A stretch of 64,000 nt of DNA, from positions 1,113,271 through 1,177,270 of the forward strand of contig OY763007.1 of the NCBI GenBank assembly GCA_963667115.1, read 5' to 3'. Origin of the DNA: Nitrospirales bacterium (GTDB lineage Bacteria > Nitrospirota > Nitrospiria > Nitrospirales > UBA8639). The notes under the pieces are model-generated. The model did no database searches. It was not told where the DNA came from and saw only the letters and a program-made list of their open reading frames with translations. Position numbers and translations under genes: made by a program. Of this stretch, positions 54,892 to 64,000 are shown piece after piece. Numbering within the stretch: the first letter of the stretch is position 1; each line of letters begins with the position of its first letter.

Positions 54892-57636
54892 ATGGCATCC
54901 CGGCAACTCAATAAAACGTATGAACCTCAAGCCGTTGAGGCTCGGTGGGGCCAGTATTGGATCGACCGGGGATACTTCGGCGCCACCGCCGACTCGACGG
55001 GGCAACCCTATACGATCGTCATTCCTCCCCCCAACGTCACGGGCTCGCTGCACATCGGCCACGCGCTGAACAATACGCTTCAGGATATTCTGATTCGCTG
55101 GCGCCGCATGCAAGGGCGTAATACCCTCTGGCTTCCCGGAACCGACCATGCCGGCATCGCCACGCAAAACGTGGTGGAACGTCAGCTTTTGGAAGAAGGC
55201 ACCCAACGAGAGCAACTCGGGCGAGACGCGTTCATTGAACGGGTCTGGTCATGGAAACAGCAATCCGGCGATACGATACTCGAACAACTGAAACGACTCG
55301 GGGCGTCCTGCGATTGGTCTCGCCTGCGTTTTACCATGGATGAGGGGTTGTCCGAAGCCGTTCGAGCAGTCTTCGTTCGCCTGCATCGAGAGGGCCTCAT
55401 TTATCGGGGGCACCGGTTGATTAATTGGTGTCCCCGCTGTCTCACCGCCCTGTCCGACGTTGAGGTCGAGCACGAGCCGGTTCGCGGCACCATGTACCAC
55501 GTTTCCTATCCGCTGGCCGATGACGACGGGACGTCCCTCATCATCGCCACCACGAGACCGGAGACGTTACTCGGCGATACTGCGGTTGCCGTTCATCCCG
55601 AGGATCCCCGATACAACCGGCATATAGGAAAATCGATCAAGCTTCCGCTCACCAACAGGACCATTCCGATCGTGGGCGATTCGATCCTGGTGGATCGCGA
55701 ATTCGGAACCGGTGCCGTCAAAATCACCCCCGCTCATGACTTCAATGATTTCGAGGCGGGCGAGCGACACCAACTCCCTCGTATTGCCCTGCTGACCCAT
55801 CAGGCCCTCTTGAATCCCGATGCGCTTCGGGACGCGGGGGTCGAGCCGGGCGTCCTGGACAGCATTGCCGACCTTTCGGCAACCAAGGCCCGCCCCATTG
55901 TCGTCGAAGCGCTGAAGCATCAGGAACTCCTGGCCAAAGTCGAAGATCACCAAATGGCCCTGGGGAAATGCTATCGCTGCAAAACCGTTGTGGAGCCGTT
56001 CCTCTCACCTCAATGGTTTGTCAAGATTCAACCGCTGGCCGACCCGGCGATTGCAGCGGTGGAACAGGGGCACGTCCGCATCATTCCGGAAGAATGGTCG
56101 AACAATTATTTGGGCTGGATGCGCGGAATCAAAGACTGGTGTATTTCCCGGCAAATCTGGTGGGGGCACCGCATCCCGGCCTGGTATTGCACCACGTGCT
56201 GTCCTGAGGCCCGCAGGATTCTCGAAGGCGAAGGCAGTCACCTGATTCCCACGCACGCCGAGCCCATGGTCTCCGAGACCGCTCCAACCACCTGCGCCAC
56301 CTGTGGTCAGGATCGGTTCGTTCAGGATCCCGACGTGCTCGACACGTGGTTTTCATCGGCCCTCTGGCCCTTTTCCACCTTGGGCTGGCCCGCAAATACC
56401 AAGGATCTCGAGACCTATTACCCGACGTCCACATTGGTCACGGGGTTGGATATCCTGTTCTTCTGGGTGGCACGCATGATCATGATGGGCATCAAGTTTA
56501 CCGGCAAGCCCCCATTCCGTGACGTCTATATTCACGCCCTGGTGCGCGATGCCGAAGGCGAAAAAATGAGTAAATCCAAGGGGAACGTCATCGACCCCTT
56601 GACCAAAATGTCGCAGTACGGGACCGACGCGCTACGTTTCACCTTAGCCTCGATGGCTTCGCCGGGCCGTGATATCAAACTCTCCGAAAACCGCATCGAA
56701 GGCTATCGAAACTTTGCCAATAAGATCTGGAATGCCGCCCGTTTCATCCTGATGCACGCGGATGGGCCGTCTGAAGCACGGCCGGTTGCCGACAGGCCAT
56801 TCGTGGATCAATGGATATTGAGCCGCCTCAACCACGTCACCAACGCCGTGACCGTCCGTCTCGAAGAATACCGGTTCGATCAGGCCGCCGGGCAACTCTA
56901 TCAGCATATCTGGCACGAATACTGTGATTGGTATCTGGAACTCATCAAACCCGTGCTGCAAAACGGAGACTCGCCCGCTGCCCGATCAACACGCGCCACG
57001 CTGCTGCAAACGTTCGAACATCTTCAACGCCTGCTCCATCCCTTTATGCCGTTTTTGACCGAAGAAATCTGGCAAACGATGCCGCACCAGGGCGAGACCC
57101 TCGTCCGCCAGCCCTTCCCTGTTGCGACCAGGGAATGGGAGAATTCCGAGGCGGAGCAGACCTTCACCACCATTGAACAAATCGTCACCACGGTCCGAAC
57201 CGGGCGTGCCCTCCTGGATTACGGACCATCAAAATCCCTGACGATCCTGGCTACGGCGAAAGACCCTGAAGAGATCGCACGTTTGAACGAAACACGACAC
57301 CACGTCGCGCACCTCTGTCGAGGAACGGTCTCCATTGCGGATCAGGATACATGGCCGGCCGATCGCATTCTGCATCTCGCGGTGGGAAATTTCATGATCG
57401 GCATGACGATTGAGGGCGAGGTAGACCTCAACAACGCATTGGCGCGCATCAACAAACAAATGCAAACCAAACAAAAGGAAGCCACGCGCCTCCAGGGACG
57501 CCTGGCTTCCCCGGACTTTGCGGCCAAGGCTTCGCCCGACGTGATTCAAGAATCAAAGGATCGTCTGGCCCTACTGACCGCCGAACTCTCGCTTTTTGCC
57601 AGCAGCGAACAACAACTCCGGAAAATGGTGTCATAA
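54892..57636 (+). CDS. valS: Valyl-tRNA synthetase
   Basis: PPPNVTGSLHIGHAL (HIGH), KMSKSKGN (KMSKS) and a C-terminal coiled coil. The start is taken at MASRQLNKTYEP. Confidence 0.95.
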   Translation: MASRQLNKTYEPQAVEARWGQYWIDRGYFGATADSTGQPYTIVIPPPNVTGSLHIGHALNNTLQDILIRWRRMQGRNTLWLPGTDHAGIATQNVVERQLLEEGTQREQLGRDAFIERVWSWKQQSGDTILEQLKRLGASCDWSRLRFTMDEGLSEAVRAVFVRLHREGLIYRGHRLINWCPRCLTALSDVEVEHEPVRGTMYHVSYPLADDDGTSLIIATTRPETLLGDTAVAVHPEDPRYNRHIGKSIKLPLTNRTIPIVGDSILVDREFGTGAVKITPAHDFNDFEAGERHQLPRIALLTHQALLNPDALRDAGVEPGVLDSIADLSATKARPIVVEALKHQELLAKVEDHQMALGKCYRCKTVVEPFLSPQWFVKIQPLADPAIAAVEQGHVRIIPEEWSNNYLGWMRGIKDWCISRQIWWGHRIPAWYCTTCCPEARRILEGEGSHLIPTHAEPMVSETAPTTCATCGQDRFVQDPDVLDTWFSSALWPFSTLGWPANTKDLETYYPTSTLVTGLDILFFWVARMIMMGIKFTGKPPFRDVYIHALVRDAEGEKMSKSKGNVIDPLTKMSQYGTDALRFTLASMASPGRDIKLSENRIEGYRNFANKIWNAARFILMHADGPSEARPVADRPFVDQWILSRLNHVTNAVTVRLEEYRFDQAAGQLYQHIWHEYCDWYLELIKPVLQNGDSPAARSTRATLLQTFEHLQRLLHPFMPFLTEEIWQTMPHQGETLVRQPFPVATREWENSEAEQTFTTIEQIVTTVRTGRALLDYGPSKSLTILATAKDPEEIARLNETRHHVAHLCRGTVSIADQDTWPADRILHLAVGNFMIGMTIEGEVDLNNALARINKQMQTKQKEATRLQGRLASPDFAAKASPDVIQESKDRLALLTAELSLFASSEQQLRKMVS

Positions 57637-57642
57637 CATCCC

Positions 57643-58515
57643 ATGTCATTCACTCCTCTGCCTCCGTTTGAACTCGAATCGCTGGTCAAGGCGGCCCTGC
57701 GAGAAGACGCGCCACATGGCGATATCACCACACGCGCGCTTCTTGATCCGGATCTTCATGCTCAAGCCAACGTCGTAGCCAAGCAGGACCTGACCCTCGC
57801 CGGCGTTGCGGTTCTCCACGCCGTGTATCGGGCCTTGGACCCCGCCGTCGTGGCGACTGCACTATTCGAGGATGGAGCAACTCTTGAAGCAAGGCAGACG
57901 TTCGCAACCCTTCAAGGACCGGCCCATTCCATTTTGGGAGGGGAACGAGTGGCGCTGAATTTTTTACAACATCTTTCCGGCATTGCCACCCTGACCTCCC
58001 GATTCTGTGCCGAGATCCGGCACTATCCCACCATTCTCGTCGATACCAGAAAAACCATTCCCGGCCTTCGGCGGCTTGAAAAATGGGCGGTTGCACTCGG
58101 CGGCGGGACCAACCATCGCACGTCGCTCAGCGACGGCGTTCTCATCAAAGACAATCACCTGGTGCTGTTGGAAGCCCAAGGCACAACCATCCGGGAAGCT
58201 TGCCGGAAAGCCAAGGAACGACTCTCCCATCATTTCAGGATTTGCGTGGAAGTCGAGACCCTTGAACAAATTGACCAGGCCCTGAACGGCGGAGCCGACG
58301 TACTGCTCCTGGACAACATGTCTCCATCTCTCGTCCGGGAAGCCGTGGGCCTCATCAAAGGGCGGGCGCAAACCGAAGTCTCGGGAGGCATTACGATCGA
58401 GAACGTCCGAGAATACGCCGCCACAGGCGTCGATTCTATTTCAATCGGGGCCCTCACCCATTCCGCACCGGCGGTCGATATCAGTCTGGACGTGCTTCCT
58501 GTGTTCTCCCGATAA
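57643..58515 (+). CDS. nadC: Nicotinate-nucleotide pyrophosphorylase (carboxylating)
   Basis: ...LAGERVALNFLQHLSGIAT...DTRKT.PGLR..EK.AV..GGG.NHR..L.D..LIKDNH. Confidence 0.9.
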   Translation: MSFTPLPPFELESLVKAALREDAPHGDITTRALLDPDLHAQANVVAKQDLTLAGVAVLHAVYRALDPAVVATALFEDGATLEARQTFATLQGPAHSILGGERVALNFLQHLSGIATLTSRFCAEIRHYPTILVDTRKTIPGLRRLEKWAVALGGGTNHRTSLSDGVLIKDNHLVLLEAQGTTIREACRKAKERLSHHFRICVEVETLEQIDQALNGGADVLLLDNMSPSLVREAVGLIKGRAQTEVSGGITIENVREYAATGVDSISIGALTHSAPAVDISLDVLPVFSR

Positions 58516-58538
58516 CGTCTCTTGAGCGTGTCTCGCCT

Positions 58539-59348
58539 ATGCCATCCGCCAAACTGGAAACCGAAACCATTCGGCAACGGTTGACGACGCGAAGCCTGGG
58601 TCGCCCGCTTCATCTGTTTGAGGAACTCGCCTCGACCAATGCCACGGCCTTGACGCTGTCCGGCTCCGAGGCAGCCCATGGAACGGCGATTCTCGCCGAG
58701 GTTCAAACGGCCGGGAAAGGGCGATTGGGACGGCATTGGATCTCACCGCCCCATCTCAACATCTATTGCTCCCTGATACTCAAAAATCCAGAACTTTCGC
58801 GTCACGTCTCCTGGATCCCTCTTGTCACGGGACTCGCCCTTGCCGAAGCAACCCGACGTTCCTGCGGTATCGAGATTTCATTGAAATGGCCCAATGATCT
58901 GCTGTGCGGCGAAAAAAAAATTGGAGGCATTTTATGTGAAAGCTCGAGCCAGGGTTCTCAATTGTCGACGTGCGTCGTGGGATTCGGCATGAACGTCAAT
59001 AGCCGGGAGACGGATTTCCCCGAAGAACTTCGCGCCCTCACCACCTCGTGTCACCGGGCCACCCGGCAATTCCATGATCGAAACGGCCTGATCGCCGATA
59101 TGTTCAACCATTTGGAAAGTTGGTATGATTGTCTGGAATCCGAACGGTTCGAACACGTGCGAAAATCGTATGAGGCATCGTGTGCGACGCTCGGACGAGA
59201 AGTGGAGGTTTCCTGTCTTTCAGGACAAACCATTCACGGAACGGCCACCAACATCGGGAAAGATGGAGCGTTACTGGTATCCACCGTGCAAGAAGGCAAG
59301 ACCCACACCCTGGAAATTCGATCCGGGGACGTTCAACATCTTCGGTAA
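58539..59348 (+). CDS. birA: Biotin--[acetyl-CoA-carboxylase] ligase (no N-terminal HTH evident)
   Basis: ...AEVQTAGKGRLGRHWISP...KWPNDLL...KIGGILCE. Confidence 0.85.
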   Translation: MPSAKLETETIRQRLTTRSLGRPLHLFEELASTNATALTLSGSEAAHGTAILAEVQTAGKGRLGRHWISPPHLNIYCSLILKNPELSRHVSWIPLVTGLALAEATRRSCGIEISLKWPNDLLCGEKKIGGILCESSSQGSQLSTCVVGFGMNVNSRETDFPEELRALTTSCHRATRQFHDRNGLIADMFNHLESWYDCLESERFEHVRKSYEASCATLGREVEVSCLSGQTIHGTATNIGKDGALLVSTVQEGKTHTLEIRSGDVQHLR

Positions 59349-59353
59349 CTCAC

Positions 59354-60139
59354 ATGCTCCTGACAATTGACGTTGGAAATACCCAAATCGTCTTCGGTGT
59401 GTTCGACCGGCACACCCTGCGAAGTTCCTGGCGCCTGTCCACGGACCATACGAAAACGGCTGACGAATACGGCATCGTCTTCGCGTCGCTCATACGGGAA
59501 TCCGGGATTCCGGTCGGGGATATCCGAGGAACCATTATTTCCAGCGTGGTCCCTCCCCTGACCTCGACGATTGAATCCATGGTCGAAACCTTTTTTCATC
59601 ATGCCCCGCTCATCGTCTCCTCCGACTTTCCCTTTGGATTGACCCTCGAATATGCCAACCCGCAGGAAATCGGGACCGACCGGCTGGTCAACGCGGCAGC
59701 GGCGTTCGCATGCTATCGGACAAATCTTATCATCGTGGATTTTGGCACCGCCACGACAGTTTGTGCCGTGACCAAAGACGGACGCTATTTAGGAGGCGCG
59801 ATCGCTCCTGGGGTGAAAAGCGCCGCCGATGCGCTTCATAGCCATACCGCCAAATTACCCAACGTGGAGCTGACCCGTCCGAAAAGTGTCATCGGAACCG
59901 ATACGACGAGCAGCATCCAATCAGGATTGATTTTCGGTTACGCGGGTCTGGTCGATGAACTGGTCGCCAGAATCGAACAGGAAATCGGTCATTCGACCAA
60001 GATCATCGCAACCGGCGGCTTTGCTTCGATTCTTGCGCCGATTTCTCGAACCATTCACGAAATCCGGCCGACGTTAACGTTGGAGGGTCTGGAATTACTC
60101 TATCGCCGGAAGAACGACCAGGAAACCCCATCCAAATAA
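59354..60139 (+). CDS. coaX: Type III pantothenate kinase
   Basis: MLLTIDVGNTQIVFGVF...GTDRLVNA...IIVDFGTATT...TGG. Confidence 0.9.
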   Translation: MLLTIDVGNTQIVFGVFDRHTLRSSWRLSTDHTKTADEYGIVFASLIRESGIPVGDIRGTIISSVVPPLTSTIESMVETFFHHAPLIVSSDFPFGLTLEYANPQEIGTDRLVNAAAAFACYRTNLIIVDFGTATTVCAVTKDGRYLGGAIAPGVKSAADALHSHTAKLPNVELTRPKSVIGTDTTSSIQSGLIFGYAGLVDELVARIEQEIGHSTKIIATGGFASILAPISRTIHEIRPTLTLEGLELLYRRKNDQETPSK

Positions 60140-60258
60140 GGATTCCGGCGTTAACCGGGACCCTGCCTTCCTTTCGAGTTTTTCCATCGTTTTTTTCACC
60201 TTTTGGGTTGACTTCCCCCGTCTTGATGACTATCTGAACCTGATACCCGAGACACAAA

Positions 60259-60915
60259 ATGACAAAAAATCATCCACTACCGGAAGAAGCACAGGGCGAG
60301 GACACGGCACTTGCGTCACCTGCCGATCAACCCGAAACCCCTTCCACCGACCAGGAAACAGAAGAATCTGATGAAAACTCTCAACAAAATGAAGAGGTTA
60401 CAGGACTGAGCCACCAGCTTTTCGAAAAAAACGAGGAACTGCACGCCCTCAATGACAAATATTTGCGCCTGGCAGCGGAATTCGACAACTACAAGCGACG
60501 GGTTCAACGCGATCAAAGTGACACCATCCGGTTTGCAAACGAACGGTTGTTCAAGGACTTACTGCCCACGTTGGACAACCTGGAACGAGCCCTGCAATCC
60601 GGGCGCGAGCAAGCCCTGATCGAAGGGCTGCTGGAAGGGGTTGAGCTTACGTATAAACATTTTCTTGCTACCCTTCAAAAAATGGGCATGAAACAAGTCG
60701 CGAGTGTGGGAGAACTTTTTGATCCGGCCAAACATCAAGCCGTGGGGCAGGTCGAATCGTTAACCGTCCCTGAAAACGAAATCGTCGATGAATATCAGAA
60801 AGGGTATTTTCTCCACGATCGGATATTACGGCCGGCGATGGTGACAGTTGCCAAGGCCCAAACAGAACCAGACGATGGAGAAGCACAGCAATCGAAGGAA
60901 GGAGTCGAAGCATGA
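60259..60915 (+). CDS. grpE: Nucleotide exchange factor GrpE
   Basis: ...[14 protein letters not shown]...[12 protein letters not shown]...FDP..H.A.... Confidence 0.9.
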   Translation: MTKNHPLPEEAQGEDTALASPADQPETPSTDQETEESDENSQQNEEVTGLSHQLFEKNEELHALNDKYLRLAAEFDNYKRRVQRDQSDTIRFANERLFKDLLPTLDNLERALQSGREQALIEGLLEGVELTYKHFLATLQKMGMKQVASVGELFDPAKHQAVGQVESLTVPENEIVDEYQKGYFLHDRILRPAMVTVAKAQTEPDDGEAQQSKEGVEA

Positions 60916-62834
60916 GTAAGATTATTGGAATTGACCTTGGAACGACAAACTCGTGTATCGCTATCATGAACGGTGGCGACCCGGAAGTGATTACCAACTC
61001 GGAGGGCGGTCGAACCACGCCGTCAGTGGTGGCGGTGACGGATAAGAATGAGCGTTTAGTTGGCCAAATTGCCAAGCGTCAAGCCATTACAAACCCCGAA
61101 AACACCATTTTTTCCGTCAAACGCTTAATGGGAAGAAAGTTCAATTCCAAAGAAGCCCATACGGCGACCCAGCGGTTGCCTTATAAAATTCTTGACGCTT
61201 CGAATGGGGATGCTCATGTGGAAATTCGAAGCAAACAATACAGTCCCCCTGAAGTGTCGGCGATGATTCTTCAGAAAATCAAACAGACGGCTGAAGATTA
61301 TTTAGGTGAAAAAGTAACTGAGGCCGTGATTACCGTACCTGCGTACTTCGACGACAGCCAGCGCCAAGCCACAAAAGATGCCGGCCAAATTGCGGGGCTC
61401 AATGTCCTTCGCATTATCAATGAACCCACGGCGGCCTCATTGGCGTATGGCCTGGAGAAAAAGAAAGAAGAACGAATCGCCGTGTACGATCTTGGCGGTG
61501 GAACCTTCGATATTTCGATCCTCGAAATCGGGGATGGGGTCTTCGAAGTGAAATCCACCAACGGCGACACCTTCCTGGGTGGTGACGACTTCGACCTTCG
61601 AGTCATCGATTGGTTGGTGGACGAATTCAAAAAAAATCAGGGCATTGATCTGAAAAACGACCGTATGGCGCTTCAACGTCTGAAAGAAGCGGCGGAACGT
61701 GCCAAGATCGAACTCTCATCGGCCCAGGAGACTGAAATCAATCTTCCCTTTATCACCGCCGACGCCAGCGGGCCCAAGCATCTGGTGCTCAAACTCTCCC
61801 GGTCCAAATTGGAGCAACTCGTTGACGACCTGATCACCCGCTCCATCGAACCCTGCAAAAAGGCCATAGCCGATTCCGGCCTGTCCCCCAGTGACATCAA
61901 TGAAGTAGTGCTCGTCGGGGGAATGACGCGGATGCCAAAAGTCATTGAACGGGTGAAAGCCTTCTTCGGCAAGGAACCCCATAAGGGCGTGAATCCCGAC
62001 GAGGTCGTGGCGATTGGAGCCGCCATCCAAGGCGGAGTCCTCAGAGGCGACGTCAAGGACGTGCTGCTGCTGGACGTCACCCCCTTATCCCTGGGCATTG
62101 AAACGTTGGGAGGCGTCTTCACGCGTCTGATCGATCGCAATACGACGATTCCGACCAAAAAGAGTCAAATTTTCTCCACCGCCGCCGACAGTCAGACCGC
62201 CGTCACCATTCGGGTCTTCCAGGGCGAACGGGAAATGGCCGATAACAACAAACTGCTCGGCCAGTTCGATCTGGTGGGCATTCCTCCAGCCCCGAGAGGG
62301 ATGCCGCAAATTGAAGTCGCATTCGACATCGACGCGAACGGGATCGTTCACGTGTCGGCCAAAGACATGGCCACCCAAAAAGAACAGTCCATCAAGATCA
62401 CGGCGTCGAGCGGCCTGAGCAAAGAAGAAGTCGATCAATTGGTGAAAGATGCCGAGGCGCATTCCGAAGAGGATAAAACACGCCGCGAAACCGTGGAAAT
62501 CCGAAATCAGGCCGATTCTTTGATCTATGGAACGGAAAAAAATCTCCATGAGCACGGAGATAAAATTCCCGAGGAAGAGAAAACCAACATTCAAGAAGCG
62601 ATTGACGGCATGAAAAAAGCCATGGAGGGAGACGACGTCGAAGCCATGAAAGCGGCCATGCAAACCCTCACGACCGCTTCGCACAAACTCGCGGAAGAAA
62701 TGTACAAAAAGACGTCGGCTGAAGCCGGCAACACCGGAGACGGCACAGGCGCCAACGGTGAAGAGATGAACGGAAAAGGAGAAGACGAAAAAGTCGTCGA
62801 TGCCGAATTTGAAGAGGTTGATAAGGAAAAATAA
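60912..62834 (+). CDS. dnaK: Chaperone DnaK (Hsp70)
   Basis: [15 protein letters not shown]..., DLGGGTFD and an EEVDKEK-type tail. Confidence 0.97.
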   Translation: MSKIIGIDLGTTNSCIAIMNGGDPEVITNSEGGRTTPSVVAVTDKNERLVGQIAKRQAITNPENTIFSVKRLMGRKFNSKEAHTATQRLPYKILDASNGDAHVEIRSKQYSPPEVSAMILQKIKQTAEDYLGEKVTEAVITVPAYFDDSQRQATKDAGQIAGLNVLRIINEPTAASLAYGLEKKKEERIAVYDLGGGTFDISILEIGDGVFEVKSTNGDTFLGGDDFDLRVIDWLVDEFKKNQGIDLKNDRMALQRLKEAAERAKIELSSAQETEINLPFITADASGPKHLVLKLSRSKLEQLVDDLITRSIEPCKKAIADSGLSPSDINEVVLVGGMTRMPKVIERVKAFFGKEPHKGVNPDEVVAIGAAIQGGVLRGDVKDVLLLDVTPLSLGIETLGGVFTRLIDRNTTIPTKKSQIFSTAADSQTAVTIRVFQGEREMADNNKLLGQFDLVGIPPAPRGMPQIEVAFDIDANGIVHVSAKDMATQKEQSIKITASSGLSKEEVDQLVKDAEAHSEEDKTRRETVEIRNQADSLIYGTEKNLHEHGDKIPEEEKTNIQEAIDGMKKAMEGDDVEAMKAAMQTLTTASHKLAEEMYKKTSAEAGNTGDGTGANGEEMNGKGEDEKVVDAEFEEVDKEK

Positions 62835-62981
62835 CTTAGAGAGTTCTATACAAAACAACAAGGCCACAACGGGGCACAAAGCGGCTTGCTTTCCAACCGG
62901 TGGATAATGTGTGCGGTTTTCTTTCTTTGGTGTCTGTTAAGTTGTTCTCAGATTATTAACAACCAAACCAAGGAGGTGTTT

Positions 62982-63191
62982 GTGCCACATTTTAACTTTG
63001 ATGATCTTGCTGACGCTTTCATGCTTGCGAGTGACAAGTGTCAATGCAAGGACACAATGCACGACCATACGCTAGGGTCGTGTCAGCGAAAAGCAAGCCG
63101 CAATTGTCCTATTTATGTTCAAGGCAATGGACGTCAAGACATTAAGTTCTCGTGCCCAGAGTGTGCAGATGAGATGATGTGGGACTTCTGA
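62982..63191 (+). CDS. Small Cys-rich hypothetical protein (69 aa)
   Basis: AAGGAGG lies 6 nt before the GTG at 62982. The product contains CQC...H.H...C...C...CPEC, possibly zinc-binding. The segment is AT-richer. Confidence 0.45.
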   Translation: MPHFNFDDLADAFMLASDKCQCKDTMHDHTLGSCQRKASRNCPIYVQGNGRQDIKFSCPECADEMMWDF

Positions 63192-63256
63192 AGCAAAGAA
63201 GAGAAGGTTTGTGCGGATAGCATACGAGCTATCAACTCTTTTAGAGGAGGCCAACT

Positions 63257-63481
63257 ATGCCGACGGGTAGAGACACCTACAAATACCATTTCAAGAAGGG
63301 AAATAACATTGTCCACACGGGTATTACCAACGACATAGATCGCCGTGAGGCAGAACACCAGAGCGAGTCGGGATGGAGCAAAGGACATATCAAACAGGTA
63401 GGTCTCCGTACGACTCGCGAAGCCGCACTGAAATGGGAGCAGGAACAGGCCAAACAGGGGAAGCCAGTACGGAAGGATTAA
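63257..63481 (+). CDS. Minimal GIY-YIG (URI-domain) nuclease-like protein (74 aa)
   Basis: AGGAGG lies 7 nt before the ATG. YKYHFKKGNNIVHTGITNDIDRREAEH follows the GIY-N10-YIG...R...E pattern. Confidence 0.6.
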   Translation: MPTGRDTYKYHFKKGNNIVHTGITNDIDRREAEHQSESGWSKGHIKQVGLRTTREAALKWEQEQAKQGKPVRKD

Positions 63482-63757
63482 GGGCTGGAACTGTCTGAAA
63501 AACCAGCGCTTCTTCTTTTCTACCTTCCCTCCTCCTCCCTACCCTTCGCTATACGTCCTTCGACTTCGCTCAGGACGGGCAAAGCAAGGCAAAGGAGTGG
63601 GAGCAAGAGCAGGGACCGTCCCGGCAGACTTGCCGCCTGTATACGAAGGAATGAAAACGACGAGAAAGACCCTGGATTCCCGATTAAAGATATCTGGAAT
63701 GACAGTTCAGGTTGTATTAACTATTTTCGTATCAATCACAAGCTTAGAACGGAAAAG

Positions 63758-64000
63758 ATGGCTGCAGTGACCAAACGGGATTATTATGAAGTGCTCGGAA
63801 TCGATCGAGCCGCCTCTGATGACGAGATCAAGAAGGCCTTTCGTCGGCTTGCCCGTCAACACCACCCCGACTTGCAGAGCGACCCGCAACACAAGAAAAA
63901 AGCCGAAGAAAAATTCAAAGAGGCCAATGAAGCCTATGAAGTCCTGAACAATCCGGAATCGCGAAAGCGATACGATGCGTTCGGGCATTCGGCGGGACCG
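63758..64000 (+). CDS. dnaJ: Chaperone DnaJ, N-terminal J-domain; 3' end outside window
   Basis: [39 protein letters not shown]...[15 protein letters not shown]. Confidence 0.9.
   Translation, partial: MAAVTKRDYYEVLGIDRAASDDEIKKAFRRLARQHHPDLQSDPQHKKKAEEKFKEANEAYEVLNNPESRKRYDAFGHSAGP

Noticed and set aside
60140-60258. A CIRCE/HrcA operator or a clear sigma32 promoter might lie upstream of grpE-dnaK.
   Set aside because: There is no TTAGCACTC-N9-GAGTGCTAA-like inverted repeat. Only a weak TTGACT-N17-TATCTG candidate is present, which is too weak to call.

Overview
This is a 64-kb chromosomal window from a moderately GC-rich bacterium. The gene content and hairpin repeats loosely suggest Nitrospirota, but that is an impression, not a result. 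The backbone is housekeeping: rph, rdgB, serS, a DAHP synthase, recN, trxA, aspS, an rluB-like gene, guaA, guaB, valS, nadC, birA, coaX and grpE-dnaK-dnaJ. There are three tRNAs (Arg-TCT, Pro-TGG, Ser-TGA) and many envelope or periplasmic proteins: a TonB-dependent receptor, Skp, two M16 peptidases, an M48 peptidase, an HtrA-like protease, MsrA, VKOR-thioredoxin and two molybdoenzymes. I saw no rRNA and no CRISPR array. Two near-identical 835-bp IS1595-family insertion sequences lie inverted about 27.7 kb apart, each with its own 8-bp target duplication. One splits an outer-membrane beta-barrel gene; the other sits inside a 9-10-bp phased TGTACA hexamer array. There are four type II toxin-antitoxin loci, one with a frameshifted antitoxin and one a HicB remnant. 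The most unusual items are listed here. (1) The tRNA-Ser 3' end recurs three more times, once inverted, bracketing a hairpin-dense 150-nt element and an integrase-less two-gene cassette. (2) An AT-richer islet carries a 307-aa ORF with an RNxxxH (HEPN-like) motif next to a secreted ankyrin protein. (3) A Cys-rich ORF plus a mini GIY-YIG gene are inserted between dnaK and dnaJ. (4) A 4 x 150-bp near-perfect tandem repeat is translated as the tail of a pseudouridine synthase. (5) An epimerase ORF reads without a stop through a promoter into a TetR gene. All calls come from reading the sequence and ORF translations by eye. Family names are from memory, no searches were run, and start codons are approximate.
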